From NCBI GenBank assembly GCA_003598135.1, contig QZKA01000019.1, positions 41,690-105,689 on the forward strand: a stretch of DNA of 64,000 nucleotides, in the 5' to 3' direction. The stretch is from Candidatus Omnitrophota bacterium. Its GTDB lineage: Bacteria; Omnitrophota; Gorgyraeia; Gygaellales; Profunditerraquicolaceae. A program made the position numbers and the translations under genes. Shown in pieces: positions 51,737-63,817 of this stretch; within the stretch, counting starts at the first letter, position 1; each line of letters starts with the position of its first letter. The notes beneath the pieces are model-generated. The model saw nothing but the letters and a program-made list of their open reading frames with translations. It had not been told where the DNA came from and did not search any database.

Positions 51737-52603
51737 TTATCCGCTGATCCCCTTCTGTAATTTTGCTGCGTTAATAAGATTGCGCATCAGCATGAATACG
51801 GTTAAAGGGCCGACTCCGCCGGGGACGGGAGTGATAAAAGAGGCTCTTGTCATCGCCGTGCTGAATTCAATATCGCCGATAAGTGTATCGCCTACTTGAT
51901 TTATCCCTACGTCAATAACAATTGCCCCCTCTTTAATCCAGCTCCCTTTTATCAACGCGGGCCTCCCGATCGCTGCGACTAAAATATCTGCGCTTCGCAC
52001 AAACTCTTCTAGTTTCCCGGCCTTACTGGTGCCGGAATGGCATATAGTAACAGTGGGTGATTTCTCTAATAATAAAAATATGAGCGGTTTACCGACAATT
52101 TCGCTCCTTCCGACAATCACCGCATTTTTTCCAGATAAATCAATTCCCGTTGCGTTGATAAGTTCCATGACCGCAGCAGCGGTACAAGGAATAAAACGTG
52201 CCTGGCCTAAAAGGAGCTTACCTAAATTCTCGGGATGTATCCCTTCTACATCCTTATCCACGCGGATGCCCTGACTTATTTTCCTGTCATCGATGTGCGC
52301 AGGACAAGGAAGCTGAACGATAATACCGTTAACCGAATCGTCGCTATTTAGTTGCTTGACCTGGCCAATCAACTCCTTTTCCGTAGTGCTTCCTGTAAAA
52401 TGCTTCAGGCGATATTCAATACCAAGCCCCTCTGCGGCTTTCTTCTGCATCGAGGTATAAATCCCTACGCCCTTATTATCACCGACCTCAATAGATGCCA
52501 GAACGGGCGCGGAACCCGTCCTTTGCGCAAACTCCTTGATATCCGCTTCCAAGGTTGCTTTGATTTTACCTGTAAGTTGTTTACCCTGCAATAATGTCGC
52601 CAA
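51737..52603 (-). CDS. folD: bifunctional methylenetetrahydrofolate dehydrogenase / methenyltetrahydrofolate cyclohydrolase
   Basis: 288 aa; the YxxxK region, the NAD(P) fold VIVGRSEIVGKP, and PVPGGVGPLT. Confidence 0.9.
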   Translation of the reverse strand: MATLLQGKQLTGKIKATLEADIKEFAQRTGSAPVLASIEVGDNKGVGIYTSMQKKAAEGLGIEYRLKHFTGSTTEKELIGQVKQLNSDDSVNGIIVQLPCPAHIDDRKISQGIRVDKDVEGIHPENLGKLLLGQARFIPCTAAAVMELINATGIDLSGKNAVIVGRSEIVGKPLIFLLLEKSPTVTICHSGTSKAGKLEEFVRSADILVAAIGRPALIKGSWIKEGAIVIDVGINQVGDTLIGDIEFSTAMTRASFITPVPGGVGPLTVFMLMRNLINAAKLQKGISG

Positions 52604-53144
52604 TTTTTGCCTCTGTCTGTTGCCTGATACGCAAGACCGTCTTTGAGTTTCGCCTTATCCTGGCCCTTAGTTTCTTGGTAAGATTTTGGTCTTTCATATA
52701 TTTGAGGTTAATGATTACGTTGAAATAGGCACTTGAAAAACCGGCCTCAATCAAGATAGCCGCAACCGCAACGTCGCTGAGTAAATGGCTATTGCCCATT
52801 TTTATCAAATCGGGGCAGAGCCTGATGGCGGCAACGCATAATTCTAAGGTCTTAAGGGGCACATTGAGACACTTCTTGATATTTTTACTTTTAAAGGCCT
52901 CTACGTCTAAATCAACCAAATCCAGGAGCTGCCTTCTTAATTTCTCCGACTGAGTAAGGATAAGGGTAAGGCGGTCATAGTATTTGGCGTATTTTTGCTT
53001 GCCCAGTGTAAATTCCACTACCATACTAATAAGGCATGTGCCCAAGCAAGCGCTTAGCGCAGCGCACGAGCCTCCGCCAGGGGCGGGCAACCGAGCAGCT
53101 AAATCGTCCGTATATTTCTTAAGGGCTTGATTCTTATACACCAC
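52581..53144 (-). CDS. fchA: methenyltetrahydrofolate cyclohydrolase / formimidoyl-THF cyclodeaminase family (FTCD C-terminal domain)
   Basis: 187 aa; the characteristic PAPGGGSCAALSACLG motif. It is coupled to folD by an overlap. Confidence 0.75.
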   Translation of the reverse strand: MVYKNQALKKYTDDLAARLPAPGGGSCAALSACLGTCLISMVVEFTLGKQKYAKYYDRLTLILTQSEKLRRQLLDLVDLDVEAFKSKNIKKCLNVPLKTLELCVAAIRLCPDLIKMGNSHLLSDVAVAAILIEAGFSSAYFNVIINLKYMKDQNLTKKLRARIRRNSKTVLRIRQQTEAKIGDIIAG

Positions 53145-53255
53145 CGCTTCCTCTTTCCTCTGTTATTCTTCTCTATGCTAACTTTTAAAAATAACAAGAT
53201 AATTGTAACACCTTCCTACGGCACGGTCAAGCGCTTGTCGCTTGAGAAGGCTTGA

Positions 53256-53636
53256 TTAGTAGGAGAAATTTCCTTGCGCCTGGAAAGCTCCCTTCAATAA
53301 TTCGGTAGTTGCCTGGCTTCCCCTCCTGATCACCGAAACAATATCAAATCTTATTTTGACTTGCGGCAAGCGGTTCTCCTTCAGAAACATAAGGGCTGCG
53401 CAAGTAATGCGCCTTTGTTTCTCTTTGCCCACGGCTTCTTTAGGGTGGACGAGAAAATCAGATTTTCTCATTTTGACTTCAACAAAACAGATAGTCCCCG
53501 CATCTTCCGCAACAATATCAATTTCCCCGAGCCGGGTTTTATAGTTTTTAGCCAAAATACGGTAGCCCTGCTGCCGTAAACATAATACAGCTACCTCTTC
53601 CCCGTGTTTGCCGGTAAGATAATTTGTGTTAGACAC
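53256..53636 (-). CDS. yraN: YraN-family (UPF0102) endonuclease
   Basis: 126 aa; GEIDIVAEDAGTICFVEVKMR, a PD-(D/E)xK-like core. Confidence 0.8.
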   Translation of the reverse strand: MSNTNYLTGKHGEEVAVLCLRQQGYRILAKNYKTRLGEIDIVAEDAGTICFVEVKMRKSDFLVHPKEAVGKEKQRRITCAALMFLKENRLPQVKIRFDIVSVIRRGSQATTELLKGAFQAQGNFSY

Positions 53637-54231
53637 TGCAAAAGGTAGTCCTGTGTATACGCGAAGGGCCGAATTTCTTTATGGCCAATTTATGGGATTT
53701 TGTGGGATATCCTTTGTGACGAAGAAAACCATAGCGGGGGTATACCGTATCATAAATGGACATTATGCGATCCCTTGTCACTTTGGCGATAATGGAAGCG
53801 CATGCTATGGATTTAGAACGTCCGTCACCCCGGATAATATTTGTACAACTCAAATGGATGAAAGGTCGAATATCGCCGTCGACAAGCACGTGTATGTCCC
53901 CTTCCTGGCAACGGGGCAGTTTCTCCGAAAGCTTGCGAATCGCTTCTTCCATCGCAATACGGGTCGCCACCGCGATGTTCAAGCGGTCGATGATCTTTTC
54001 ATTCACCACGCCGATGCCAAAAAGAGATTTCTGAATAATTTCATGGAAGGCGTTTTCTCTTTGGGTAGGAGTCAATTTCTTTGAATCATCGATACGGTTT
54101 TGAAAACGATACGTGGAAAGAAAAGCTGCCGCCGCAACTACAGGCCCTGCCAACGGCCCTCTACCGGCTTCATCCACGCCAATGATAAAAGTAAAACCCT
54201 TTTTTCTAAACTTCCGTTCGAAATAGAGCAC
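53629..54231 (-). CDS. rnhB: ribonuclease HII
   Basis: 200 aa; GVDEAGRGPLAGPVV and downstream acidic residues. Confidence 0.9.
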   Translation of the reverse strand: MLYFERKFRKKGFTFIIGVDEAGRGPLAGPVVAAAAFLSTYRFQNRIDDSKKLTPTQRENAFHEIIQKSLFGIGVVNEKIIDRLNIAVATRIAMEEAIRKLSEKLPRCQEGDIHVLVDGDIRPFIHLSCTNIIRGDGRSKSIACASIIAKVTRDRIMSIYDTVYPRYGFLRHKGYPTKSHKLAIKKFGPSRIHRTTFCSV

Positions 54232-54234
54232 GTC

Positions 54235-54603
54235 CTAGCCCTGGTTTTTTGCTAAGACTTCCTCTTTTGTCTTGATTTTCGTGGCACGTTTTCCGACTTT
54301 ACCCCTGAGGTAATACAGCCTTGCGCGCTTGACCTTGCCTCGCCGGATCACTTCTATCCGTTCGATGCTGGGAGAATACACGGGGAAAACACGCTCAATG
54401 CCCTCGCCGTAAGAAATCTTTCTTACCACAAAACTCCTATGTAGACCGGAACCTTTTTGCGCGATTACCACACCCTCAAACGGATGAAGGCGTATTTTAT
54501 CCCCTTCTGCAATCTTGGAAAGCACTTTCACTGTATCGCCTACCGAAAATTGCGGTACGTCTTTTTTTGTATACTCTTGCTCAACCAATTTCATCTTGTC
54601 CAT
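54235..54603 (-). CDS. rplS: 50S ribosomal protein L19
   Basis: 122 aa; FSVGDTVKV...[11 protein letters not shown]. Confidence 0.9.
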   Translation of the reverse strand: MDKMKLVEQEYTKKDVPQFSVGDTVKVLSKIAEGDKIRLHPFEGVVIAQKGSGLHRSFVVRKISYGEGIERVFPVYSPSIERIEVIRRGKVKRARLYYLRGKVGKRATKIKTKEEVLAKNQG

Positions 54604-54617
54604 TGATGCTTCCTCCT

Positions 54618-55307
54618 TTATTGCTTCAATAAATCAGGCCGCTTACGCTTTGTCCTCTTTAAGGCCTGTTCCTTCCTCCATGCCTCAATATGCGAGTGGT
54701 CACCCGATAAGAGAAGGTTGGGAACCTCAAGCCCCCGGAATGCGGCGGGCCTGGTGTAATGCGGATATTCTAATAGGTTACCTTCAAAAGACTCAAATTT
54801 CAAGGAATTTTTATCACCGAGGACCCCTGGCAATAACCGCACCAAACAATCGACAAAAACCATCGCTGGCAGTTCTCCCCCCGTCAGCACGTAATCACCA
54901 ATAGAAATTTCATCGTCTACGAGGCTAGTCCTTACCCTTTCGTCTACCCCTTCGTAACGCCCGCAAATCAGTATGAGCTGCTTGTATTTGGTAAACCTTT
55001 TAATACGCTTCTGATCGAGCCTAGTTCCCTGAGGAGTAAGCAACACCACCCTGCGCTTCGCACTTTCCACATTGCCCTGCCGCACTAAAGCCTCCACCGC
55101 TTCAAAAATCGGCTGAGGTGTCATTACCATCCCCGAGCCTCCCCCAAAAGGACGGTCGTCGACCTTCTTGTGTTTGTCGGAAGAATAATCCCTGAGGTTA
55201 TGCATCAGTATTCTGACTTTCCCTTTTTCGCGCGCCCTCTTGATAATTGACTCTTCGATAATGGGCATACACATGCCGGGGAAAATGGTAAGGATATCTA
55301 TCCGCAT
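54618..55307 (-). CDS. trmD: tRNA (guanine37-N1)-methyltransferase
   Basis: 229 aa; [12 protein letters not shown], the SPOUT knot region, and GGELPAMV. Confidence 0.9.
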   Translation of the reverse strand: MRIDILTIFPGMCMPIIEESIIKRAREKGKVRILMHNLRDYSSDKHKKVDDRPFGGGSGMVMTPQPIFEAVEALVRQGNVESAKRRVVLLTPQGTRLDQKRIKRFTKYKQLILICGRYEGVDERVRTSLVDDEISIGDYVLTGGELPAMVFVDCLVRLLPGVLGDKNSLKFESFEGNLLEYPHYTRPAAFRGLEVPNLLLSGDHSHIEAWRKEQALKRTKRKRPDLLKQ

Positions 55308-55345
55308 ATTTTTAAACTACCTACCGGTGATACCTTAAGACGGTA

Positions 55346-56854
<1,509 letters not shown>

Positions 56855-56858
<4 letters not shown>

Positions 56859-57166
56859 CTCATGCCTTTTACATATTTAAGGGCTTCCCAGGTAAATATG
56901 CAACAGAAAGGGATAACCACAAAGAATAAAACCTCTTCAAGCGGTAGATTGAGTATCTTTACAACCCCCACCCCTAAAGGATCAAAATACCAGTGGTGGC
57001 GGCTTACCGCAATCACATCCCAGGCCCCGAAGATACCTACGATGCTAAAAATGCTTGCAATCAGGGGTTTGATGTTTTTGTAAAAACTTAGTTTTGGCCA
57101 GAAACTTAACGCAAACGGAAGGCTCCCTGCAAAAATCAAAACAAGCATATATCTAGACATATGCAT
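56855..57166 (-). CDS. lycopene cyclase domain protein (second half of the heterodimeric cyclase)
   Basis: 103 aa; four TM helices and the motif LNLPLEEVLFFVVIPF. It is translationally coupled to the downstream half. Confidence 0.6.
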
Positions 57167-57244
57167 TATTGTATGCTAAACCTTTTTCCTTTTCAAATAA
57201 AAGTTTGGCTTGCGCTGAATATAGCGAAAGGATACAATGAATGC

Positions 57245-58159
57245 ATGAATCACTTTTCGCATGCCGAAAAAATAAAAAAGGGGTTTGCGCTCTCCAAAGA
57301 CATCACCAAGCAATACGCAACTACCTACTACTTTGCTTCTCTGTTTCTGCCACGGCAGATACGCCCTCCTGTGTATGCGTTGTATACCGTCTGCAGGATA
57401 AGCGACGAGTGCGTCGATAATAACTCACCCGAGGCGATGCAAGAGGCGCTTACAAAAATCAAAGACTCGATTGCAAGTGCCTATACGCAACAGGAATGCG
57501 CAAACGAAATCCTCTGCGCATTCAAAGACGTCGTAGAACGTTATCAAATTCCTAAGGCCTATTTTGATGAACTACTCCGGGGCATTACTATGGATCTTAC
57601 CAGGCGGCGATATGAGTCGTTTAACGAATTATACCGCTACTGTTACCGAGTAGCAGGAGTGGTCGGATTACTAATGCTTAAGATATTTGGGTGCCAAGAC
57701 TTACGCGCGCAAGAGTATGCGGTAAAATTAGGAGTAGCAATGCAACTTACTAACATCGTACGCGACGTAAAAGAAGATTACGCAAAGGGAAGGATTTATC
57801 TGCCCCAGGATGAACTCATGCAATACCGAGTCTCCGAGGCCGATATCGCACACGCCACCCTTACGCAAGAGCTTAAGGCATTGTTACAGTTTCAGATCAA
57901 AAGGGCAAGGCAATTTTACGAAGATTCCCTCAATGGTATCACCATGATCAAAGGCATGCGGATACGACTGGTTATTATTTTGATGGCGGCCTTATACGCA
58001 CGGATACTCAATGTGATAGAGCGCGCCCGTTACAACGTCTTTGCGCGCCGCGCGCGTGTAGGCCTCACCGAAAAACTACTCCTTGTTGCCTTTTCCTTAG
58101 TCAGATTGATTATGTATCAGATCGGCAACAATCCGAGAGCCGGCAATCACCACCGGTAG
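57245..58159 (+). CDS. crtB: phytoene (or dehydrosqualene) synthase
   Basis: Start set at MNHFSHAEKIKKGF, which has an AAAGGA RBS. Squalene/phytoene-synthase motifs are present (YCYRVAGVVGLLM, DVKEDYAKGRIYLP, aspartate-rich regions). The 3' end overlaps crtI convergently by 63 nt. Confidence 0.8.
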   Translation: MNHFSHAEKIKKGFALSKDITKQYATTYYFASLFLPRQIRPPVYALYTVCRISDECVDNNSPEAMQEALTKIKDSIASAYTQQECANEILCAFKDVVERYQIPKAYFDELLRGITMDLTRRRYESFNELYRYCYRVAGVVGLLMLKIFGCQDLRAQEYAVKLGVAMQLTNIVRDVKEDYAKGRIYLPQDELMQYRVSEADIAHATLTQELKALLQFQIKRARQFYEDSLNGITMIKGMRIRLVIILMAALYARILNVIERARYNVFARRARVGLTEKLLLVAFSLVRLIMYQIGNNPRAGNHHR

Positions 58160-59548
58160 CCCCCCACCCGGCTGAGTACTTGCTCCCACAAAATAAAGGC
58201 CCTTCATCGCAGACTCGTAATTCATGGGTCTGAAAAAAGCGCTCTGCATAAGGTTGTGCGCCAAGCCAAAAGTAGCGCCGTGCTTGATATTGTAGTATGA
58301 AATAAAATCTGAGGGATAAAACGCATGGCTTGTTTCAATCAAGTCCTGGACCCTTGTCCCGGCACTCCTATTGATCTTTTCAAACACAAGGTCCTTTATC
58401 TTCTTCTCGAAAGGCGCGAAATTATCGCTGCTGCCGTCAAGATTCGGCACCGGCACAAGGATGTAGAGTATTTCTTTCCCCGGGGGCGAAAGTGACGGGT
58501 CCGTTACCGTGGGCACATGCACGTAAAAAGAAGAATCGTCAGGCGCAATTTTCGTCTTAAAGATCTGAGAGAGATTCTTCCTCAGGTCCTCAGAAAAAAA
58601 CAGGTTGTGATGTGCCAGGCCCGTCAATTTCTTCTTCAGTCCCAGATATATAAGGTAGACGGAACAGGAATATTTAAAACGAGGGATCTTGCGCCCCAAA
58701 AGATCTGTTTGGGCATAGGCATAATCGGCATTCACCACTACCGCATCGCTCTCAAAGGAGCCCTGGTCGCAAGAAAGCAGGAAAACACCATTATGCTTCC
58801 TGATGCGGCGTATCGCGCAGTTGTAGCGAAAAGATGCCCCGGCACTGGTTGCCAGCCTTTCTAAGGCGTGCGGGATCTGGTACATGCCGCCGAGAGGATG
58901 GTAAATCTTTTGCACATGGTCGGCATAGGTGATAATACTATAAAATGCCGGGGTCTCAAACGGGGAGACACCGACAAACATTGCCTCAAAGGTAAAGGCG
59001 TAGCAAAGTTTGTCGCTTCTAAAAAATCTTTTCGTAAAATCCCAGTAGGATTCGAATATCTTTAGCCTGCCGATGAGGGGCCAGTATTTGGGATTGCCTA
59101 ACGCCACGGGAGAGAAACAACGATATAGAAGCGGCCTGACCTGTGTATATATTTCTGAGATTGCTTTGATTAGCCTTTCAAATGCTTCGGAAGAACCTTT
59201 TTCAATCCGTTCCATTTCCTGCTTAGTACGCTGTGAGTCTTTAAAAACGGTAAAAGATGTACCATCGGGATAAAAGATCTTATAGCCCGGATCAAGCGCT
59301 ATAAACGTAAGATAATCCTTGATGTCTTTTTGGCAATAACGAAATAATTCTTCAAAGAAATCGGGCATCAATACAAAAGAAGGCCCCATGTCGAACTTAA
59401 ACCCACTGTCTTCCAGTATGTTATTGCGGCCTCCGCTGTGCGCAAGCTTTTCGTATACCGTTACCTCATATCCTTTATGGGCCAGCCTTGCTGCAGTTGC
59501 CAAGCCCCCCACGCCGGCGCCGACTATCGCTACCCTCTTGCGCATCAT
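58097..59548 (-). CDS. crtI: phytoene desaturase family (CrtI/CrtN type)
   Basis: 483 aa; an N-terminal FAD fold (VAIVGAGVGGLATAARL) and a C-terminal GASTQPGGGLPVVIAGSRIVADLI. Confidence 0.8.
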   Translation of the reverse strand: MMRKRVAIVGAGVGGLATAARLAHKGYEVTVYEKLAHSGGRNNILEDSGFKFDMGPSFVLMPDFFEELFRYCQKDIKDYLTFIALDPGYKIFYPDGTSFTVFKDSQRTKQEMERIEKGSSEAFERLIKAISEIYTQVRPLLYRCFSPVALGNPKYWPLIGRLKIFESYWDFTKRFFRSDKLCYAFTFEAMFVGVSPFETPAFYSIITYADHVQKIYHPLGGMYQIPHALERLATSAGASFRYNCAIRRIRKHNGVFLLSCDQGSFESDAVVVNADYAYAQTDLLGRKIPRFKYSCSVYLIYLGLKKKLTGLAHHNLFFSEDLRKNLSQIFKTKIAPDDSSFYVHVPTVTDPSLSPPGKEILYILVPVPNLDGSSDNFAPFEKKIKDLVFEKINRSAGTRVQDLIETSHAFYPSDFISYYNIKHGATFGLAHNLMQSAFFRPMNYESAMKGLYFVGASTQPGGGLPVVIAGSRIVADLIHNQSD

Positions 59549-59562
59549 GACTCCTTAATGTG

Positions 59563-60555
59563 TCACAAAATCAACATCGCGTCTCCATAACTATAGAAAC
59601 GGTATTTGCGTGCAACAGCCTCTTTATAGGCTTTGCGCACTAACGAAGACCCCGCAAATGCGCATACAAGTATAAAAAGGGTAGTACAGGGAAGGTGGAA
59701 ATTTGTCAAAAGCGTATCAACATAACGGAATGTATAGCCCGGGTAAATAAACAAGTCCGTATAACCCTGCTCCTCTCCGGAAGCAGCGTATGCCTCCATG
59801 GCCCGGCAACTCGTGGTCCCGACCGCAATTATCCGCGAGTGGCTCTTTCGTGCCCCTTCTATCAGCCGGATCGCCTCTTTGTTTATGTGGTAATACTCTC
59901 TCTCCATCTGATGCGTTATCACATCGGCGGCCTTTACCGGCTTAAAGGTGGCTGCGTTTATGTGAAGCGTGAGGAATGTTTTTTTTATGCCGCACGCAGT
60001 TACCTCTTCAAGTAAATCCTCGGTAAAATGCAGGCCCGCAGTAGGAGCAGCAATTGCGCCTTCGTTTTTGGCATACACTGTTTGATAATAGGCCGCATCT
60101 AGCTCTTCAGGTATCCTCTTGATATAGGGAGGCAGTGGCATAACGCCGGCGCGGTATATCTGGTCAACGCTATCCACAATAAACCGTACTTGGTTCCTGG
60201 AGATAATTTCACAGGAAAGCCCACCCCCGTTAAGTAGTATTGTTTCACCGGCTTTTAGCCTTCCCGGCTTTATCAATGCCTCGAATACCCCCTCCTGCCT
60301 TTCTCGTAAGAGCAACAATTCCACCTTGCCGCCAGTCGCCCTCTTGCCTATGAGGCGGCAGGAAAGCACTTTGGTATCATTAAGTACAAGCGCATCCCCC
60401 GGAGAAAAAAAACGCGTAAAATCCTTAAACATGCCGTGCGTGACGGTGCCTTTATTGCGGTCCAGCACCAGAAGCCGGCAGGCCTTACGATCTTTTAAAG
60501 GGTACTGCGCAATTAATTCCTTGGGTAAATGATAATCAAAATCAGTTAGTCTCAT
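59563..60555 (-). CDS. queA: S-adenosylmethionine:tRNA ribosyltransferase-isomerase
   Basis: 330 aa; MRLTDFDYHLPKELIAQYP of the QueA family. Confidence 0.9.
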   Translation of the reverse strand: MRLTDFDYHLPKELIAQYPLKDRKACRLLVLDRNKGTVTHGMFKDFTRFFSPGDALVLNDTKVLSCRLIGKRATGGKVELLLLRERQEGVFEALIKPGRLKAGETILLNGGGLSCEIISRNQVRFIVDSVDQIYRAGVMPLPPYIKRIPEELDAAYYQTVYAKNEGAIAAPTAGLHFTEDLLEEVTACGIKKTFLTLHINAATFKPVKAADVITHQMEREYYHINKEAIRLIEGARKSHSRIIAVGTTSCRAMEAYAASGEEQGYTDLFIYPGYTFRYVDTLLTNFHLPCTTLFILVCAFAGSSLVRKAYKEAVARKYRFYSYGDAMLIL

Positions 60556-60565
60556 ACAAGGATTA

Positions 60566-61723
60566 TTAATCTTCTTTGGCTAAGGCAAGCTCTGAACCTG
60601 GATAGTAAAAGCTTAAAATTTCTTGATAGGTATATCCTTCTTTGGCCATAAAATAAGCTCCCCACTGGCACAGCCCAACCCCATGCCCCCATCCAAACCC
60701 CCGGAAAACGGCATCGTCTCCAGAAAGACTTACCGTAAAGTTGGTACTGCGCAAAAGTTTCGGACCAATCAAGCTTCTGAGGTCTTTCGCCGCAATATCG
60801 GCGCTGCGCTCCTGGCCTGCTGCAATACGCACATAGGTAACGCGACCGGAAATATCCCTGCCTTGCTCTGTGATTGCGGTAATGTGCGTGAATGCGTAAC
60901 CTGCCTTCTTTAGGACCCTTTCTAATTCCTTAAGGCTTACCACGTAGTGCCACTTAAAGTGGGGAGAATCTTTGCAAAAACCGCACACTACCCCCCTAAG
61001 AGAAGGAACTGTGGTATTCCACAGCAAAGAGGCATCTTCGGTATGCCCGGCGCAGGTGGCGTGAAAATAGGCAGGAAAAATCTTTCCTCCGTAGGACAAC
61101 GCTTCGCCTTTAGTAAATTCCACGGCAAAGCTGGTGCGGTAACGCTCAGCAGCCCTGCCTCCGTACATCTGTGAATAAAAATCGCATGTCACATCAAAGT
61201 CTTTCGCGGCGTTCTCTTGCATCTGATAAAGCGCAAATGTCCTGCTGGCGACTGCCTGGGCCTTCAAGGCTTCCTGGGGCCAATAGTGCGACACCTCGTG
61301 ATAAAGAACCCCTTTCACATAGTCCTCAAGGCCAATATAATTCACCACCGAAAGAGTATTGTCTTCCTTCCTGATAATCAACGCATCGCCCCTAAAGTGT
61401 TTCCCGTTGATTATCACGTTATTGTCGCTTGCACGCAGGATGATCCTATCAGTATCGTAACTCTTTGCCCCAAGTAGTATCTTGCCCTTGCCTTGCGTCA
61501 CCGTGCCTTTTATATCCCTGCCGCGGCATACCACCTCGTGGCTCCTGGCGTCATGTATTTGGTAGGCGCCGCTTACCTTAAGGGTTAAAGAAGGCAGCTC
61601 TTGCATGATAAGGACCCGGACATGCTTGGAGGAGCCTGCCAGTGCGCATGGCATAACAATATGACCCCACAATCCGCATAGGAATATACACACCGCAAAG
61701 AAGTGTTTGAATAGGTTACTCAT
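60566..61723 (-). CDS. SpoIID/LytB-domain protein (lytic transglycosylase / amidase-enhancer family)
   Basis: The SpoIID domain region is LKAQAVASRTFALYQ...FHATCAGHTEDAS. Start chosen at MSNLFKHFF (61723). The track ORF extends to 61756 and overlaps the upstream gene. Confidence 0.7.
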   Translation of the reverse strand: MSNLFKHFFAVCIFLCGLWGHIVMPCALAGSSKHVRVLIMQELPSLTLKVSGAYQIHDARSHEVVCRGRDIKGTVTQGKGKILLGAKSYDTDRIILRASDNNVIINGKHFRGDALIIRKEDNTLSVVNYIGLEDYVKGVLYHEVSHYWPQEALKAQAVASRTFALYQMQENAAKDFDVTCDFYSQMYGGRAAERYRTSFAVEFTKGEALSYGGKIFPAYFHATCAGHTEDASLLWNTTVPSLRGVVCGFCKDSPHFKWHYVVSLKELERVLKKAGYAFTHITAITEQGRDISGRVTYVRIAAGQERSADIAAKDLRSLIGPKLLRSTNFTVSLSGDDAVFRGFGWGHGVGLCQWGAYFMAKEGYTYQEILSFYYPGSELALAKED

Positions 61724-61740
61724 AGTAACACCAAAGGGCT

Positions 61741-61956
61741 TTACCGACGGGGCCATATGCGCAGAATCATGGAAATCAAAATACTCAGTAATAGAGAGGT
61801 AGCAAGGGGGAAATAAACGCTGAAGTTCTTTTTCTGGATATACATATCGCCGGGCAGCTTTCCCAAAAAGGGCACCCGATTAATAAAGCCAAGCAACAGC
61901 CCGACAACTAAAAAAACAGCGCCAAAGAAGATGAGGGTTTTTGAAATCTCCTGCAT
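61741..61956 (-). CDS. DUF2905-family small membrane protein
   Basis: 71 aa; two TM helices flanking GKLPGDMYI. Confidence 0.55.
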   Translation of the reverse strand: MQEISKTLIFFGAVFLVVGLLLGFINRVPFLGKLPGDMYIQKKNFSVYFPLATSLLLSILISMILRIWPRR

Positions 61957-61965
61957 AGACGAGGA

Positions 61966-63090
61966 TCAAAAGAGTTCTTCCTGTTTCTCGTTATTACACT
62001 TAAGACCCAGGTGCTCAAACGCAATCTTCGTCGCCAGCCTCCCCCGCGAAGTCCTTTTGAGGTAACCGGCTTTTAACAGATACGGCTCAATCGTTTCAGC
62101 AATAGTATCTACTTCTTCATTAAGGGTCGCTGCAAGCGATTCGATGCCCACCGGCCCACCATGATAAAAGTCGATGATGGTTTTGAGCACCTTTCTGTCA
62201 ATTTCATCGAGCCCCGCTTTATCAATACCCAAATCATCCAGGGCGCGCGAGGCAGTCGCAAGGGTGATAGTATCTATACGGGCAACCTGCGCATAATCCC
62301 TGACCCTTCTTAAAAGCCGGTTGGCGATGCGCGGAGTGCCCCGTGCTCGGCGTGCGATCTCCTGGGCTGCTTCCGGCTCAACCCTGATATTCATTATTTT
62401 TGCCGAACGCTCAACAATCTTCTGCAGCTCTTCTACTTTATAGAAATCAAGGTAATAGAATATACCGAACCTGCTCCTTAGCGGCGAAGTAAGTAGTCCT
62501 ACGCGCGTAGTAGCCCCTACCAAGGTAAAAGGCTTAAGCCTAAATTTTATTGTTTTCGCATAAGGTCCCTTATCAATCACAAAATCAATCTCAAAATTCT
62601 CCATGGCAGGATAGAGAAATTCCTCGACGGTCCTTGAAAGCCTGTGTATCTCGTCGATGAAGAGGATATCTCCCCGCTCAAGATTTGTCAGTATCCCTAT
62701 CAGGTCGCCTGCCTTCTCAATCGCGGGCCCTGAGGTAGCGGTAATTTTTGAATGCATCTCGTGAGCGACAATATGCGCAAGAGAAGTTTTCCCAAGACCT
62801 GGCGGGCCTGAGAATAAGACGTGCTCAAGGTGCTCCTTTCTCTGTTTTGCCGCTGTGATGCACACATTGAGGCCTTCAAGGATATCTCTCTGGCCAACAA
62901 ATTCAGTCAGCCGCTTAGGCCTTAAAGAAATATTAAGGACCACGTCCTCTTCGTTCTCCTTTTGGGTATGCAGCAGGGCTTGCGGAAAAGCAGGAGAAGA
63001 AGGCGCACGCGCCGGATCATCTACATAGGCATATTCCTGGGGGCCGTTACTTCTGGGCTTGCGGGTATTCTGTCTGGCTTCTCTTGTCAT
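61966..63090 (-). CDS. ruvB: Holliday-junction branch-migration helicase RuvB, with a low-complexity N-terminal extension
   Basis: Walker [12 protein letters not shown], Walker [11 protein letters not shown], and sensor and arginine fingers. Start chosen at MTREAR (63090); the track ORF starts at 63159. Confidence 0.88.
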   Translation of the reverse strand: MTREARQNTRKPRSNGPQEYAYVDDPARAPSSPAFPQALLHTQKENEEDVVLNISLRPKRLTEFVGQRDILEGLNVCITAAKQRKEHLEHVLFSGPPGLGKTSLAHIVAHEMHSKITATSGPAIEKAGDLIGILTNLERGDILFIDEIHRLSRTVEEFLYPAMENFEIDFVIDKGPYAKTIKFRLKPFTLVGATTRVGLLTSPLRSRFGIFYYLDFYKVEELQKIVERSAKIMNIRVEPEAAQEIARRARGTPRIANRLLRRVRDYAQVARIDTITLATASRALDDLGIDKAGLDEIDRKVLKTIIDFYHGGPVGIESLAATLNEEVDTIAETIEPYLLKAGYLKRTSRGRLATKIAFEHLGLKCNNEKQEELF

Positions 63091-63817
63091 ACGGTATAAT
63101 ATTGGCTTCGTTCCTGGCGATCTCAATTTCGCCGAACACTTCCCTTTGTACCACAACAATTTCTTTTAACCTGATGAGTTCAAGGATCGCCAGAAACGTA
63201 ACTATAATCTCCAGCTTATTCTTGGCATTCTGAAAAAGCTCTGAAATGCGCACAGCCGTCTTGTCCAGCAAGAGATGCAGGATCTCATGGACTTTTCCCT
63301 CGATGGTAAATTCATCCTTTATGACTTCATAGAGTAATTCCTTCGGTACCTCTTCCAGCACCTTAGAGAACGCAGTAAGTAAATCAAAAATACTCGCCTC
63401 AAAATAGGCAGGCTGTTCGGTCTGGACTACCGGCTCTTCTACTTTAGGCCTCTTGAAAATTTCCTTCTCCCGGGATTCCCTCTGTTGCAAATCTTGCGCG
63501 ACCTCTTTAAACTTCTGGTATTCCAAAAGCTGCCTGATGAGCTCTGCGCGGGGATCCCCCTGATCCTCTTCAACCGCCTCATTTTCCTGCGCGGGTAAGA
63601 GCATTTTTGATTTTATCTGCATAAGCGTTGCCGCCATTACCAGAAACTCGCCGGCAATATTCAAATCGAGAAAACGCATTAATTCCAGGTATTGCAAATA
63701 CTGCTCCGTCACCCTGGCAATAGGAATATCGTAAATAGTAAGGTGCTCCTTTTTCACTAGATACAATAACAAATCCAAGGGCCCTTCAAATAGCTCAAGT
63801 CTTATCTTATAGCTCAT
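63047..63817 (-). CDS. scpA: segregation and condensation protein A (kleisin)
   Basis: Start chosen at [26 protein letters not shown] (63817), which is the ScpA N-terminal signature. The track ORF extends to 63958 into the trpS 3' end. Confidence 0.8.
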   Translation of the reverse strand: MSYKIRLELFEGPLDLLLYLVKKEHLTIYDIPIARVTEQYLQYLELMRFLDLNIAGEFLVMAATLMQIKSKMLLPAQENEAVEEDQGDPRAELIRQLLEYQKFKEVAQDLQQRESREKEIFKRPKVEEPVVQTEQPAYFEASIFDLLTAFSKVLEEVPKELLYEVIKDEFTIEGKVHEILHLLLDKTAVRISELFQNAKNKLEIIVTFLAILELIRLKEIVVVQREVFGEIEIARNEANIIPYDKRSQTEYPQAQK

